Shown one piece after another: positions 62,938 through 64,000 of a DNA stretch of 64,000 nucleotides. Every line of letters starts with the position of its first letter. The first letter of the stretch is position 1. Origin of the DNA: Octopus sinensis (taxonomy: Eukaryota); assembly GCF_006345805.1 (NCBI RefSeq), contig NW_021833064.1, positions 62,001-126,000 of the forward strand, written 5' to 3'. The notes beneath the pieces are model-generated. The model did no database searches. It was given only the letters and a program-made list of their open reading frames with translations, and was not told the origin of the DNA. The translations under genes were made by a program, and so were the position numbers.

Positions 62938-63402
62938 TTATATCAATTTTCGTCTTTTAGGGACAGAATCGTTTACAGGATCTTTGACTGCAAATATTTC
63001 TAAATACTCAGGCGGCAGATGGCCTTCCTCCAATCTAAACGACTCCAAGTCGTTTTCTGAGAGAGGGTTGATAGATTTGGCCACTTCTGGCCTCTGGTTT
63101 AGAATTTGTCTCAGTGAACTGCCTTCTGGCTGCCAGGTGAGGTCCATATGTCCCAAAAGTCGAGGCAAGTAAGCTGTGAGGCTTTGATCTATTCGTTTAT
63201 TTGAGTATTTGTCGAATATTGTGTCCAATTCATAGTATTTTAGGAGGTTGTTGTAGCCTGAGATCAGATCGGGTTCTGACTTGTTTTTATGTTTTTTATT
63301 ACCTGGAAGTTTTCTAAGTAAATAGAAAGGTCCATTAGAAATGACAGAAGGCTTTTCGACGAGGGAAATCACTGTCTTTAGTGATGATTTCGAGTTTTCC
63401 AT
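62938..63402 (-). CDS. MED19: Mediator subunit 19, intronless
   Basis: GPFYLLR.LP, NLLKYYEL, YLP.LLG..D, SSLR, FRL..G.LP are Med19 conserved blocks. Confidence 0.85.
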   Translation of the reverse strand: MENSKSSLKTVISLVEKPSVISNGPFYLLRKLPGNKKHKNKSEPDLISGYNNLLKYYELDTIFDKYSNKRIDQSLTAYLPRLLGHMDLTWQPEGSSLRQILNQRPEVAKSINPLSENDLESFRLEEGHLPPEYLEIFAVKDPVNDSVPKRRKLI

Positions 63403-63503
63403 GCCCACAAGATAATATTGAAATTTTGAATTTTATTTATCACAAATTAAAAATATAACATAAAATATAATTTAAAATAAAAAAAAACAATCGATGTGGG
63501 ACT

Positions 63504-63900
63504 TCAAGACAGCTGTGCTGTAGTAATACATTTATATTGTGCTTTTTCCTTAATGTACCCATTGAACAGGTATTTGTTATGAACAGTGTAAATGCTGACG
63601 TCGACAGTCTCGTCCACGGGTTTATTCGCCAGTTTTTGGAGGTAGACTCCGTCGCCGTCTGTCCCCGGCACGTCGGAAGTGAGTCCCAAATAAAATATTT
63701 CCCCGAGTGGACAGTCTTGTAGATGGCCCATTTGGAGGGGGATTGTCCTTTGATGAACAAATCCACGATATTATCTCCAAAGACTATTTCGACTCGTCTG
63801 CAGGGGGAATGTCCTCCATGACACTTTAGGCTTGGGGAGCATGTAGGGGACTGTCCCCATTATCACCTGCACTAATCTAATATTTAAATTACTGCACCTA
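63504..63900 (-). CDS. Probable 3' exons of an unidentified gene
   Basis: GC-richer coding-like composition and overlapping open frames; product not recognised. Confidence 0.35.
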
Positions 63901-64000
63901 TCATCATCAACACGTTCGACACCGCCAGGAATGCCATCCAAAACATTTCGGAACTATTTTCTTTTACTTTTCTTTATATTATCATTTATTTCCTAATTTG

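Noticed and set aside
63440-63900. Assigning a gene name (ankyrin-like GDSPLH motif; fibulin-like tail)
   Set aside because: The motifs are short, fall in conflicting frames, and the exon structure is unresolved.

Overview
This is AT-rich eukaryotic (animal-like) nuclear DNA, not prokaryotic. Small islands of host genes sit among dense, nested transposable elements and two tandem arrays. Host genes I could reconstruct by eye: tRNA-Gly(TCC), CMC4, Orai, a CBM14+GH18 chitinase, a miniature ATF7IP, MRPS14, a Rab11-like GTPase, ATG7, TMEM201, CYP51, PHKG, MEX3, an orphan PNKP 3' end, a Ctr copper transporter, RSPH14 and MED19. Nearly all introns I could resolve are 23-33 nt, so several genes are missing or fragmented in the ORF track. 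With the motile-cilium gene RSPH14, this suggests a genome-reduced ciliated invertebrate such as a dicyemid (inference). Highlights: (1) a Ginger-like DNA transposon (TGT...ACA TIRs, 5-bp TSD, retroviral-type D,D35E integrase) whose integrase has host-style 26-27 nt introns and is split by a hAT insertion; (2) a hAT transposase hit by two near-identical Tigger copies and a Helitron, with the frame rejoining at each junction when they are removed; (3) a Helitron carrying a 93-bp unit amplified into a satellite; (4) an Orai channel with substitutions at positions equivalent to human gain-of-function sites; (5) about 12 CRE-type retrotransposon fragments. Many frameshifts fall in homopolymers and may be long-read errors. 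Family assignments rest on remembered motifs; no database search was run.
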